Program-made: the position numbers and the translations under genes
NCBI GenBank assembly: GCA_964419935.1
Contig: CAYQQJ010000015.1
Span: 17,478-81,477 of the forward strand
DNA: 64,000 nt
Direction of reading: 5' to 3'
DNA from: an uncultured Cellvibrionaceae bacterium
GTDB lineage: Bacteria > Pseudomonadota > Gammaproteobacteria > Pseudomonadales > Cellvibrionaceae
Notes under the pieces: model-generated
Told to the model about the DNA's origin: nothing
The model's database searches: none
What the model saw: only the letters and a program-made list of their open reading frames with translations
Shown here: positions 47,671 through 57,970 of the stretch, piece after piece
Layout: the number at the start of each line of letters is the position of its first letter
How positions within the stretch are numbered: position 1 is the stretch's first letter

Positions 47671-49653
47671 ATGCCTCATGTCAAACACCTTACCCGCTAT
47701 CTGATCACTTTCATTCTGCTGTTGAGCAGCGCCATTGCCCTCAGTGCGGCCCCACCAACGCCCCCCAGTGCTCCCGGCATTGAGGATTACGGCGCGCTGC
47801 CCATAGTGCAGATGATGGCGGTTTCACCCGATGGCAAGCTGGTGGCCTTTCGCAAGCACAGCGGTGACCGTGACATGGTGGCAGTGGTCTCACTGGAGAA
47901 AAATCAGCTGGTAACCGGCGCGGATATTGGCAATATCAAACCGCATCGGCTCTATTTTCTCGATGAATCGCGGCTGGTGATGGTGGTCTCACAGGAGCGA
48001 CGTTTATTGGGATACCGAGGACGCCATGAAATCAGCACCGCGTTTGTACTGGATGTCACCAGCGGAGACATTGAGCAGCTGCTCACGCCTGGCGATGTGA
48101 TTTTCAAGGGGCAGTCCGGCCTTGGCGATATCGTCGGCTCATCTTCCGATGGCAAGATGGTATATATGCCGGCGTTCGTTGGAGAATCCCCACATGACCA
48201 GTCGCCGGACTACTCACTGATGAGGGTCGACCTGGAATCCCCGCGACGGCCCCGGGTTGTGGAGAAAGGCTCATCGAGCACGGTCGGTTATTTTGTTGAC
48301 GGCGAAGGCAACGTGCTCGCCGAAGAAATTTTCAACAACCATTACAACTATCACGCGATTGTGGCCCACCACGGCGATGAGGAAGTGGAGATTTATCGGC
48401 AGGAAACCGAGGTACCCTACATCGGCCTGGTGGGCGTGACGCCCGACCGGAAGTCCCTGGTTATTCTGGATGAATCCGAAGAAACCCGGCGTGTAGCCTA
48501 TTTCACCATGCCCCTGGCCGATGGTAAGTTGTCCGGTCCCCTGTTCGAGCGCAATGACGCTGACGTCGAGCAGGTTTTGACCGATATCAACCGGGTGGTG
48601 CACGGCGTTGTTTATTCCGGACTGAGGCCCAGCTACGAGTTTTTCGACAACAATCTCAATACGCGCATGGCGAAAATCACCGCGGACTATCCGCGGCACT
48701 CGGTATGGCTATCGGACTGGAGCCCGGATTGGCAGCACCTGGTGATTCGTCTGGAGGGCGCCGGATCTGCCGGAGATTATCTGCTGGAGTCCAATGGTGA
48801 AACGCGCTTTCTGGCCAATTCGCGACCTACCATTCAAGCGGAGCATTTTCACCCGGTCGTTGAAACGTCCTACAAGGCCCGTGATGGCCTGGCGATTCCA
48901 ACACTTCTGACCATTCCGGCATCCCGAGCTGAGTCTCCAAAAAATCTGCCTGCGGTTATGCTGCCTCACGGCGGGCCGGAAGCGCATGACTGGATGGGGT
49001 TTGACTGGTTTGCGCAGGCGCTGGCCAGCCGCGGCTATCTGGTAATCCAGCCACAATTCCGCGGTTCCAGCGGCTTTGGGCTGGACCACCTGTTAGCCGG
49101 GCGCGGGGAGTGGGGCAAAAAGATGCAGGACGACTTGAGCGACGGCATCAAGATATTGATTGAACAGGGCGTGGTGGACCCGAAACGGGTATGCATTGCG
49201 GGCATGAGTTACGGGGGCTACGCCGCACTGGCCGGTGGCGCTTTTACCCCGGAGCTGTATCAGTGCGTGGTATCCGTAAATGGCGTATCTGACCTGCGTA
49301 AAATGTTGAGTTCGGAAAAATCCGACCACGGCCGCAATCATTGGGTGGTGGCCTATTTCTCCGACATCATGGCAGGTGGCGACACAGACAAAGATACCTT
49401 ACGTGCGATATCGCCAACCTATTCTGCAGAAAAATTTGCGGCGCCGGTATTACTGATCCACGGCGACCGCGACACCACTGTGCCTTATGAACAGGCAAAA
49501 GCCATGTATAAACGGCTCAAGCGCGCGAAGAAAAGCGTCGAGCTGATCAAGCTGAAAGGGGAGGACCATTACCTGTCCCAACCCGCGACGCGTTTGAAAA
49601 TGCTTGAGGCGAGCCTCGATTTCATCGACCAACATATCGGCGCGCCTCTGTGA
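47671..49653 (+). CDS. S9-family serine peptidase (prolyl oligopeptidase / dipeptidyl aminopeptidase-like)
   Basis: 660 aa with a signal peptide, a beta-propeller N-domain and an alpha/beta-hydrolase C-domain. Nucleophile elbow GMSYGGY and a later IHGDRDTTVP. Confidence 0.85.
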   Translation: MPHVKHLTRYLITFILLLSSAIALSAAPPTPPSAPGIEDYGALPIVQMMAVSPDGKLVAFRKHSGDRDMVAVVSLEKNQLVTGADIGNIKPHRLYFLDESRLVMVVSQERRLLGYRGRHEISTAFVLDVTSGDIEQLLTPGDVIFKGQSGLGDIVGSSSDGKMVYMPAFVGESPHDQSPDYSLMRVDLESPRRPRVVEKGSSSTVGYFVDGEGNVLAEEIFNNHYNYHAIVAHHGDEEVEIYRQETEVPYIGLVGVTPDRKSLVILDESEETRRVAYFTMPLADGKLSGPLFERNDADVEQVLTDINRVVHGVVYSGLRPSYEFFDNNLNTRMAKITADYPRHSVWLSDWSPDWQHLVIRLEGAGSAGDYLLESNGETRFLANSRPTIQAEHFHPVVETSYKARDGLAIPTLLTIPASRAESPKNLPAVMLPHGGPEAHDWMGFDWFAQALASRGYLVIQPQFRGSSGFGLDHLLAGRGEWGKKMQDDLSDGIKILIEQGVVDPKRVCIAGMSYGGYAALAGGAFTPELYQCVVSVNGVSDLRKMLSSEKSDHGRNHWVVAYFSDIMAGGDTDKDTLRAISPTYSAEKFAAPVLLIHGDRDTTVPYEQAKAMYKRLKRAKKSVELIKLKGEDHYLSQPATRLKMLEASLDFIDQHIGAPL

Positions 49654-49734
49654 AGCTGCCGTGCGGGGCGCCGACTATTCCGGCGCTCCAAAGTCACCGT
49701 CTTTTGTTGGTCGATTTATGTTGCAACCGACCTT

Positions 49735-51741
49735 CTACCGTGTAACGTCGCCGCAAGCCGCCAACACCTCCGCAAAGGGCACATCCCCCAAGGCACCAAA
49801 ATGTTGATGCTTTCCCAGCCGCGCGCGACTGGCCGCCGGGCTGCCAATACCACATAAAAAGCGCGCCAGCTGCCTCGGCTGCCCAAGCGCCGGGTGCTGT
49901 TCCTGGGCAACCGCAGTAACAATGGCCGAATTCATTGGCCGGGTTCGTCTTGGCAGTAGCGCGCCGACCATACCGCGACAACCACTGCAGTGCCCGCAGG
50001 GTTGCTGAAGCGGCTCGCCAAAATACGCCATCAACGGTTGCTGCAAGCAGCCGCCGCTTCCGGCCCAGGCGCAAATTTTTTGCAAGCGTTCAATATCCCG
50101 CTCTTCCCGCTCCCGGAACAGGCTTGCCATTCGTTGAATGCGCTCATCCGTGGCCACTGGCGGATGCAGCATCCGATAACCCTGGCGCACGCCGGCAACT
50201 TTGAGCTCGACCAAACCCTGCTGTTCAAGATAGGTGAGTGCTTTGATGATACGTTGCTGTTCAGCGCCCAGTTGCTGCGCCGCCTCCGCAGGCTTGAGCG
50301 TCAACCAAACGCGGCCGGCCTTGCCGCTGGCAAACAACTGTCGCAGGAATTCCGCACGCTCATCGTCAAACCGCGCAATAACCGCGTCCCGCGATTCTGT
50401 GAAAGCCAGCTTGTATTCCGTATAAAAAGGTGAAGTGGCCTTGATCACACCATCGAGTTCCAGATAGGTGAGCAGGGTATTGAGCACCAGTGGTCGCAAG
50501 TCGAACTGGCTGGACAGTTCGTACACAGATAAGCTGAATAGCTCCGCCTGGTCATCCAACCACCGCAGTACATTGGCCAATGCCAACGGGTCCGGCGTAT
50601 CGCCATAGGTAAAATTTTCCAATACCGTCAGATCATCGAGGCAGGCGAGCAGCTCACAATGGGATTGCTTGCCATCCCGGCCCGCGCGGCCAATCTCCTG
50701 CATGTAATTCTCCATCGACTTGGGCAAGTTGTAGTGATACACCGCGCGAATGTCGGACTTGTCGATGCCCATACCGAAAGCGATAGTGGCCACCACGATG
50801 CGAACAGTCCCGTTCATGAACGCCTCCTGGGTGTTGCTGCGCACTTCATCCTTGAGGCCGGCATGGTAAGCGCTGGCACTGAGACCTTGCGCATTGAGGA
50901 ATGCGGCCACCGCTTCGGCGGTTTTTTGCAGGGTCACATACACAATGGCGGAATCCGATGGGCGGGCGGCAAGCCGTTGCAACAACCGCTGATCCCGCTG
51001 GTTCGCCGCGCAAGGCGTTACCACCAGGTCCAGGTTCGAGCGATAGAAACCGGTCTGGATGTGATCCCCGGGTGCGATACCGAAACTGCGACAGATCTGC
51101 TCGGCCACCTTGGGCGTGGCCGTGGCCGTCAAGGCGAGCACCCGTTCAATGCGCAAAACCCGGGTAAGTTCCGCCAATTTGAGGTAGTCCGGTCGAAAAT
51201 TGTGACCCCACTCAGACACGCAGTGGGCTTCATCCACCGCCATCAGGCTGATGCGCAATTGTTGCAGGCGCGCCAAAAAACGCTCGTTGGCCAGCCGCTC
51301 GGGCGCCACATACAGTAGCTTGATACTGCCGTCTTCCAGGCCGCGATAAATCTCCATCACCTCGTCGCCGTTGAGGCTTGAATCCAGCCGGGCGGCGGGA
51401 ATGTGCAGGGCCTTGAGCGCGTCCACCTGGTCTTTCATCAGGGCAATCAGCGGTGACACCACCAGGGTAAGGCCCTCGAGCAACAACGCGGGCAACTGGT
51501 AGCACAGACTCTTGCCGCCCCCGGTGGGAAATATTGCCAGTGCCGAACGACCCGCCAGCAGGCTCTCGATAACCGCCTGCTGACCGGGGCGAAAGCTGTC
51601 CAGCTTAAACCTCTGCCGCAGAACATCAACCGGTTGCGCCCCCTTGGCAAGAGGCGGAGCCAATGCAGATGGGTCACCAGACTCATGTTTGCTCGGCGTG
51701 GCCTGGAGAGGTTGAGGTGCAAGTTGCTGTTCATCGTCCAT
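49735..51741 (-). CDS. RecQ-family ATP-dependent DNA helicase
   Basis: 668 aa with FRPGQQAVIESLL, Walker A PTGGGKSLCYQLPA, DEAH box VDEAHCVSEWGHNFRPDY and a C-terminal Cys cluster CGHCSGC. Differs from canonical 609-aa RecQ at the C-terminus. Confidence 0.85.
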   Translation of the reverse strand: MDDEQQLAPQPLQATPSKHESGDPSALAPPLAKGAQPVDVLRQRFKLDSFRPGQQAVIESLLAGRSALAIFPTGGGKSLCYQLPALLLEGLTLVVSPLIALMKDQVDALKALHIPAARLDSSLNGDEVMEIYRGLEDGSIKLLYVAPERLANERFLARLQQLRISLMAVDEAHCVSEWGHNFRPDYLKLAELTRVLRIERVLALTATATPKVAEQICRSFGIAPGDHIQTGFYRSNLDLVVTPCAANQRDQRLLQRLAARPSDSAIVYVTLQKTAEAVAAFLNAQGLSASAYHAGLKDEVRSNTQEAFMNGTVRIVVATIAFGMGIDKSDIRAVYHYNLPKSMENYMQEIGRAGRDGKQSHCELLACLDDLTVLENFTYGDTPDPLALANVLRWLDDQAELFSLSVYELSSQFDLRPLVLNTLLTYLELDGVIKATSPFYTEYKLAFTESRDAVIARFDDERAEFLRQLFASGKAGRVWLTLKPAEAAQQLGAEQQRIIKALTYLEQQGLVELKVAGVRQGYRMLHPPVATDERIQRMASLFREREERDIERLQKICAWAGSGGCLQQPLMAYFGEPLQQPCGHCSGCRGMVGALLPRRTRPMNSAIVTAVAQEQHPALGQPRQLARFLCGIGSPAASRARLGKHQHFGALGDVPFAEVLAACGDVTR

Positions 51742-51986
51742 GGTATTCTTCCTGTTGTGCTTGTTGCTGATAATGAAGAGGGGCTGCCGGTTTAAGCGGC
51801 TTCCTGTTCTAAAAGGATGTGCGCCAGATTGGATGTTGGCGACGGGCTTAGTTGGTATACTGATACCCTTGTACTTTGCCAGAACAGGTGCCGAATGCAG
51901 TGCAGTGTCCCATACTCCAACACGTCATTCCATGCTTGGCAGCCCTTAAACCTGCGCCAGAACGCCCGGCCACAACAGCACAATAA

Positions 51987-52610
<624 letters not shown>

Positions 52611-52811
52611 TTGCTTATTTTGCGTACACTTCGCGACCCCCAATCGTCTGATAAGGCCGATGGAGCCTGATGGCCCCACCCGGCAACCAGAACCAACGGC
52701 AAGCCGCAGCTGACTCAATAGCCGCACGCTTGCACAAGCAATTCAGATCAATTTGGCGCATAATAAGTATTCCCATTGCTTACCGGCGCCAACACAAAGC
52801 GGAAGATATTC

Positions 52812-53090
52812 ATGGCACGAATTACAGTAGAAGATTGTTTGGACCACGTCGACAACCGTTTCGAACTGGTTATGGTGAGCAGCAAACGCGCTCGTCAACT
52901 CGCCGTACAAGGCAAGGACCCCATGGTTGCGGAAGAAAACGACAAGCCTACGGTGATCGCACTGCGTGAGATCGAGCAAGGTTTTATTGACGCCAGCATT
53001 CTCGCCGAACCCGACGAAGCGCCCGTTATCTCCAAGCCAGCCTACGACACCGAGCGCGATGGCGAGTACCAGTCCTATCGGGAAGAGTAA
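52812..53090 (+). CDS. rpoZ: RNA polymerase omega subunit
   Basis: ATG at 52812 ([20 protein letters not shown]). Lies between gmk and spoT. Confidence 0.95.
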   Translation: MARITVEDCLDHVDNRFELVMVSSKRARQLAVQGKDPMVAEENDKPTVIALREIEQGFIDASILAEPDEAPVISKPAYDTERDGEYQSYREE

Positions 53091-53120
53091 GGCACAAGGT
53101 ACATTCTCAGGGGGTCAGTC

Positions 53121-55232
53121 TTGTTAACTATCGACACACTTAGTCACAGACTTTCCTCCTACCTGGAACCCCAGAACGTCAACCGCGTCCGGCACGCGTA
53201 CTACTACGCCGAGCAAGCTCACACCGGCCAGTTCCGTCGCAGCGGTGAGCCCTACATCACCCACCCCCTGGCCGTGGCCAATATTCTCGCCTCCATCCAC
53301 ATGGACCATCAAAGCCTGATGGCCGCCATGCTGCACGACGTCATCGAAGACACCGGCATCGACAAGCCTGCCATCGCGGAGCAGTTTGGCGACACGGTTG
53401 CGGAACTGGTGGACGGGGTCAGCAAACTGGCCAAGATCGAATACGAAACCCAAGCCGAAAAGCAGGCCAAGAACTTCCAGAAAATGGCGCTGGCCATGGC
53501 CCAGGACCTGCGGGTCATCATCGTCAAACTGGCGGACCGCCTGCACAACATGCGCACTCTGGGCGCCCTGGCGCCGGAGAAGAAGCGCCGCATCGCCAAG
53601 GAAACCCTGGAAATCTACGCACCCATCGCCCACCGGTTGGGGATGAATGATCTGCGCGTGGAGTTTGAAGATCGCGGTTTCGCCGCCATGTACCCGCTGC
53701 GGGCGTCACGCCTGCAGGCATCTCTCAAAAACGTGCGCGGCAATCGCCGTGCACTGGTGGAGAAAATCCAGAGTGCCATTGAAACGCGGCTGCAACGGGA
53801 GAACATTCCGTCACTGGTCATCGGCCGGGAAAAGCATCTGTTCAGCATCTACAACAAGATGCGCAACAAGAACAAATCCTTCAATGAGATCATGGACGTC
53901 TATGCGTTCCGCATCATCGTGGAAGACATCGACACCTGCTATCGCATACTGGGTGCTATCCATAATCTCTATAAACCCATGCCAGGAGAGTTCAAGGACT
54001 ACATCGCCATCCCCAAAATCAATGGCTACCAGTCTCTGCACACGGTGGTGATCGGCATGCACGGTGTGCCCATTGAAGTGCAGATCCGCACCAAGGAAAT
54101 GGACGAACTGGCCAGCCGCGGCATTGCCGCGCATTGGCTGTACAAATCCGTCAACGGCGACGACAGTGCCGCTGAAACCAGCCAGGCACGGGTCAACAGC
54201 TGGATCCAGCGCATACTGGAAATTCAACAGCACACCGGCAATTCACTGGAGTTCGTGGAAAACGTCAAGATGGATTTGTTCCGGGACGAAGTCTACGTCT
54301 TCACCCCCACCGGCGAAATCATCGAGCTACCGATCAACTCCACACCGGTGGACTTTGCCTATGCCGTGCATACCCAGGTGGGTAATACCTGCGTTGCCTG
54401 TCGCATCAATGACCGGCCCGCGCCCTTGTCACAGGCTCTGCAGAGCGGCGAAAAAGTCAAAATCATCACCTCCGAATCCAGCCAGCCCAACCCGAACTGG
54501 CTGAACTTTGCGGTGACCGCCAAGGCGCGCAGCGCCATTCGGCATTACCTGAAACACCAACGGCATATCGAATCCGTCGAATTGGGCAAGCGCATGCTGG
54601 ATCGCGCCCTGGCCAACAGCGACATCAGCCTTGAGCAGTTGAGCAAAAAACAGATTGCACAATTGCTTGAACATACCGACACGGAGTCTCTGCCCGAGCT
54701 TTATGAAAGTATCGGCATGGGCAAGCGCGTGGCGCTCTCCGTGGCGCAGTGCCTGCAACCGGACGCCGACGGCAAAGGTCACGCCGCCTCACCCATTACC
54801 ATTGATTCCGCCGCCGGCCTGTTGATCAAATTCGCCCGTTGCTGCCGGCCGATTCCCGGAGACCCCATCGTCGGCCACGTCAGCAGCGGCAAAGGCCTGG
54901 TGGTACACCGGGAAGCCTGCAAGAACATCGGTGACCTGCGCAGCAAACGGGAAAATATTACCGAGGTGAACTGGTCTGCCCAGGTGACCGGAGAATTTCT
55001 CACTGAAATTCGCGTGGAGGTTGAATCCGAGCGGGGCATTATCGCCTCAATCGCCACCCGCATCGCCGCCACCCGCACTCACATCGAAGGCGTGCAGGTG
55101 GAAGAACGGGATGCACAACACAGCGTAATTACCCTGACCATCGCGGTCCAAAACCGCATACATCTGGCCAACGTCATGCGCCGGGTTCGCACCATGCGCT
55201 CCGTCAGCAAGGTCTCTCGCGCCAAGAACTAA
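53121..55232 (+). CDS. spoT: bifunctional (p)ppGpp synthetase / hydrolase
   Basis: 703 aa with an HD domain (HPLAVANIL...HDVIEDT), a RelA/SpoT synthetase domain and C-terminal TGS and ACT regions. TTG start. Confidence 0.95.
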   Translation: MLTIDTLSHRLSSYLEPQNVNRVRHAYYYAEQAHTGQFRRSGEPYITHPLAVANILASIHMDHQSLMAAMLHDVIEDTGIDKPAIAEQFGDTVAELVDGVSKLAKIEYETQAEKQAKNFQKMALAMAQDLRVIIVKLADRLHNMRTLGALAPEKKRRIAKETLEIYAPIAHRLGMNDLRVEFEDRGFAAMYPLRASRLQASLKNVRGNRRALVEKIQSAIETRLQRENIPSLVIGREKHLFSIYNKMRNKNKSFNEIMDVYAFRIIVEDIDTCYRILGAIHNLYKPMPGEFKDYIAIPKINGYQSLHTVVIGMHGVPIEVQIRTKEMDELASRGIAAHWLYKSVNGDDSAAETSQARVNSWIQRILEIQQHTGNSLEFVENVKMDLFRDEVYVFTPTGEIIELPINSTPVDFAYAVHTQVGNTCVACRINDRPAPLSQALQSGEKVKIITSESSQPNPNWLNFAVTAKARSAIRHYLKHQRHIESVELGKRMLDRALANSDISLEQLSKKQIAQLLEHTDTESLPELYESIGMGKRVALSVAQCLQPDADGKGHAASPITIDSAAGLLIKFARCCRPIPGDPIVGHVSSGKGLVVHREACKNIGDLRSKRENITEVNWSAQVTGEFLTEIRVEVESERGIIASIATRIAATRTHIEGVQVEERDAQHSVITLTIAVQNRIHLANVMRRVRTMRSVSKVSRAKN

Positions 55233-55277
55233 ATCTCTTTGTACACCAATTTATTTGAATTTTCTGGGGAATTTTTA

Positions 55278-55661
55278 ATGACCAATAAAGCCATTATTCA
55301 CTCTGAACAAGCACCGGAAGCCATAGGCACTTACTCTCAGGCGGTCAAAGTTAACAACACCGTGTATTTGTCCGGACAGATTCCACTGATTCCCGAAACC
55401 ATGACGCTGATCGAGGGTGATTTCGCCGAACAAGCGCGACAGGTATTCAAGAACTTGCAAGCCGTCTGCACCGCCTCCAACGGCAATTTGCAAGACGTGG
55501 TCAAACTCAACATTTACCTTACTGACTTGAGCAACTTTCCCGTCGTCAATGAAGTGATGGCGGAATTCTTTCAAAAGCCCTATCCCGCACGCGCCGCCAT
55601 CGGCGTGAACGAATTGCCCAAAGGCGCAGCCGTAGAAGCCGACGGGATTATGGTTTTGTAG
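55278..55661 (+). CDS. ridA: RidA/YjgF-family reactive-intermediate deaminase
   Basis: ATG at 55278. APEAIGTYSQAV...YLSGQIP...PARAAIGVNELPKGAAVE. Confidence 0.9.
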   Translation: MTNKAIIHSEQAPEAIGTYSQAVKVNNTVYLSGQIPLIPETMTLIEGDFAEQARQVFKNLQAVCTASNGNLQDVVKLNIYLTDLSNFPVVNEVMAEFFQKPYPARAAIGVNELPKGAAVEADGIMVL

Positions 55662-56057
55662 CTGCAAGCTGCAAGCTGCAAGCTGCAAGTATAGGATCAA
55701 GGGAAAAGGGAAAAGGGAAAAGCCTAAAACCGCGAGCTACAAGCGAGAAGAGTTCGTAGGGCGAAAAAGCCTAAGCGCCTTCCGCCATCCGCAGGGTGGG
55801 CACTGCCCACCAATATTCCAATACCCGCACAATGTGCAATCACAAACTTGGTGGGCTCAAAAAAACGGCGGAAGGCCGTTCTTGGGCATCCATGCCCTCA
55901 CGGCATTAGCGCGTCCATGCGCGTCGCGCTTGACGCTTTTTCGCCCTACGGCAATACTTTTCCCTTTTCCCTTTTCCCTTTTCCCTTTTCCCTTTTCCCT
56001 TTTCCCTTTTCCCTTCTTCAGCTTGTCGCTTGCAGCTTGCCGCTTAAAGCTTGTGCC
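55661..56057. repeat. composite nested-palindrome repeat, copy C (largest)
   Basis: Left half: (GCTGCAA)x4 at 55661-55688, (GGGAAAA)x3 at 55701-55722, a REP-like unit at 55756-55786 and the palindrome GGTGGGCACTGCCCACC at 55795-55811. Right half: an inverted, interrupted REP-like unit at 55867-55949, (TTTTCCC)x8 at 55958-56013 and six TTGNNGC heptamers at 56016-56057. Confidence 0.8.
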
Positions 56058-56904
56058 TTTCCTCTGCTCCATAACCGCTGCGAAAATCCGGCCACTGAAA
56101 CTGGTAGCCCGTGGCCCGCAGCCGGGCATTGCTGCAACGTTTGCTGCCGCCTCGCGTGCTGGCGGCGGTGCTTTGAAGATGACCAGCGGCGAAGCCCAGT
56201 TGTTCGGCCAGCCAGCTGCGCACGTCCCAAGCCGTGGCTGGCAAATCATCACTGGCAAGATAGATGGAATCCAGGGCGAATCCGTTCGCATATCGCTGAC
56301 ACAGGTGATAAATGACCCCTGCGCAGTCATCCGCATGGATGCGGTTGGTATAGGGCGAATTCTGCTGCGGCCCGCCCTTGCCGGCAACAACCTGGCGCAG
56401 CAGAAAGTCCCGGCCGGGGCCATAGATTCCGGAAAAGCGCACGATGACCGTATTCAACCGGCTTTCCTGCCAAGCGCGTTCCGCCGCGCGAAGCTGCTGC
56501 GCCAACGCTGAAACAGGCTCGGCTGGGGTTTCCTCAGTGACCCACTCACCATCAGACTGCGGGTAAACACTGCTGCTCGACACGAAGATGACCAAGCCCG
56601 GCGCCGTGCCGGCGTCTTGCCAGGTGCGTAGCAGATGTTCGCTATTGTGCAGGTACGCGCGCTGGTAATCGTCGGGCTCATGGCCATCCGGCGTCAAGGT
56701 GATCACGGCAATATCGAAGACCTCCGCCGCCAGGCGTTGTGTAATCTGCGCATCAGTAACTGCGCCCTGCCAGCAGTTAACCTTCGCACTATTGCGTTGG
56801 CTGCGCGCAATGCCGGTCATCGCCCAATCAGCAGCCGGAAAGCAATCACTGGCGCGAGTGGCAATGTCGCCGAATCCGACAAATAGCAGTTTTTTCTGCC
56901 CCAA
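56044..56904 (-). CDS. SDR-family NAD(P)-dependent epimerase/oxidoreductase
   Basis: 286 aa with Rossmann motif LLFVGFGDIA. TTG start preceded by GGAG. The last codons and stop lie inside the heptamer array of repeat C. Confidence 0.7.
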   Translation of the reverse strand: MGQKKLLFVGFGDIATRASDCFPAADWAMTGIARSQRNSAKVNCWQGAVTDAQITQRLAAEVFDIAVITLTPDGHEPDDYQRAYLHNSEHLLRTWQDAGTAPGLVIFVSSSSVYPQSDGEWVTEETPAEPVSALAQQLRAAERAWQESRLNTVIVRFSGIYGPGRDFLLRQVVAGKGGPQQNSPYTNRIHADDCAGVIYHLCQRYANGFALDSIYLASDDLPATAWDVRSWLAEQLGFAAGHLQSTAASTRGGSKRCSNARLRATGYQFQWPDFRSGYGAEERHKL

Positions 56905-57041
56905 TATGAAATACTCCGGGTTCTTGATTTACTTTTTAAGTTTGAGTGTGAGTATCCATACTCATTCGATCACACTCACATGTCGCGGCTATTTCAAGCC
57001 GGGATACTATGACAAACTCTATTAAGACGAAAAGATAAGCA

Positions 57042-57962
57042 ATGACACTGACCGAACTCCGCTACATAGTCACCTTGGCACAGGAAGAGCATTTTGGACG
57101 TGCCGCCGAGCGCTGTCACGTCTCCCAACCGACTCTCAGCATCGCCGTAAAAAAACTGGAAGAGGAACTCCAGATCGCCATTTTCGAGCGCTCCAAAACC
57201 CGCGTCTACGCGACACCGCTGGGAGAGCAAATCGTGGAACAGGCGCAACTGGTGCTGGAACAGGCATCGGCAATCAAGGACATCGCCAATTCAGGCAAAG
57301 ATCAACTGCGTAGCCCCCTGCGGGTCGGTGCCATTTTCACTATCGGGCCCTACCTGTTCCCTCACTTCATTCCCGAGCTGCAGAAGCTCGCGCCACAAAT
57401 GCCACTGTATGTCGAAGAGAGCTTCACCGCGACCTTACGCCGGCGTTTGCGCCAGGGCGAACTGGACGTAATTATCGTCGCTCTGCCGTTTACCGAAGCG
57501 GATGTGGTAACCCAGCCGCTGTATGAAGAGCCCTTTGTGGTCGTCATGTCGGAAGATCATGAACTGGCGAAAGAGAGCATAATCAAGCCAGACCAGCTCG
57601 ACCCATACAACGTGCTCCTGCTCGGGGAAGGTCACTGCTTCCGGGATCAGGTGCTGGATGCTTGCCCCAATCTGCGGCCGGGCATTGATGAATCTGCCAC
57701 CGGGCTGCGCACCGCCTCCGAAGGCAGCTCACTGGAAACGCTCAAACACATGGTGGCGTCCAAGCTAGGCATCACCATACTGCCTCAGTCCGCCGCCCTG
57801 GCGGATCATTATACGGATAAGCTGCTGGTAACCCGGCCCTTTATGGACCCCGCGCCCACGCGCACCGTGGCCCTCGCCTGGCGCGCGAGCTTTCCGCGCC
57901 ACAAGGCCATCGACGCGCTGCGCCAGGCCATCGGGCAATGCAGCATCGGACACCACGACTGA
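57042..57962 (+). CDS. oxyR: LysR-family hydrogen-peroxide sensor OxyR
   Basis: HTH LRYIVTLAQEEHFGRAAERCHVSQPTLS. The redox Cys pair is in an OxyR-like context and spacing (GEGHCFRDQVLDAC). Adjacent to recG as in Pseudomonas. Confidence 0.85.
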   Translation: MTLTELRYIVTLAQEEHFGRAAERCHVSQPTLSIAVKKLEEELQIAIFERSKTRVYATPLGEQIVEQAQLVLEQASAIKDIANSGKDQLRSPLRVGAIFTIGPYLFPHFIPELQKLAPQMPLYVEESFTATLRRRLRQGELDVIIVALPFTEADVVTQPLYEEPFVVVMSEDHELAKESIIKPDQLDPYNVLLLGEGHCFRDQVLDACPNLRPGIDESATGLRTASEGSSLETLKHMVASKLGITILPQSAALADHYTDKLLVTRPFMDPAPTRTVALAWRASFPRHKAIDALRQAIGQCSIGHHD

Positions 57963-57970
57963 CGCCACGC

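Noticed and set aside
55661-56057. Possibility that the tandem arrays are a CRISPR array.
   Set aside because: The units are 7 bp and contiguous with no spacers. The arrays occur as inverted arms, and no cas genes are nearby.
55834-56511. ORFs running through the composite repeats (55834-56511, 55848-56315, 55857-56423, 44340-45128, 44987-45169, 45121-45354), with FPFPFSL or KGKGKRE periodic translations.
   Set aside because: The 7-aa periodic peptide is just the 7-bp DNA repeat read in three frames. There are no ribosome-binding sites, and the ORFs overlap well-supported genes.
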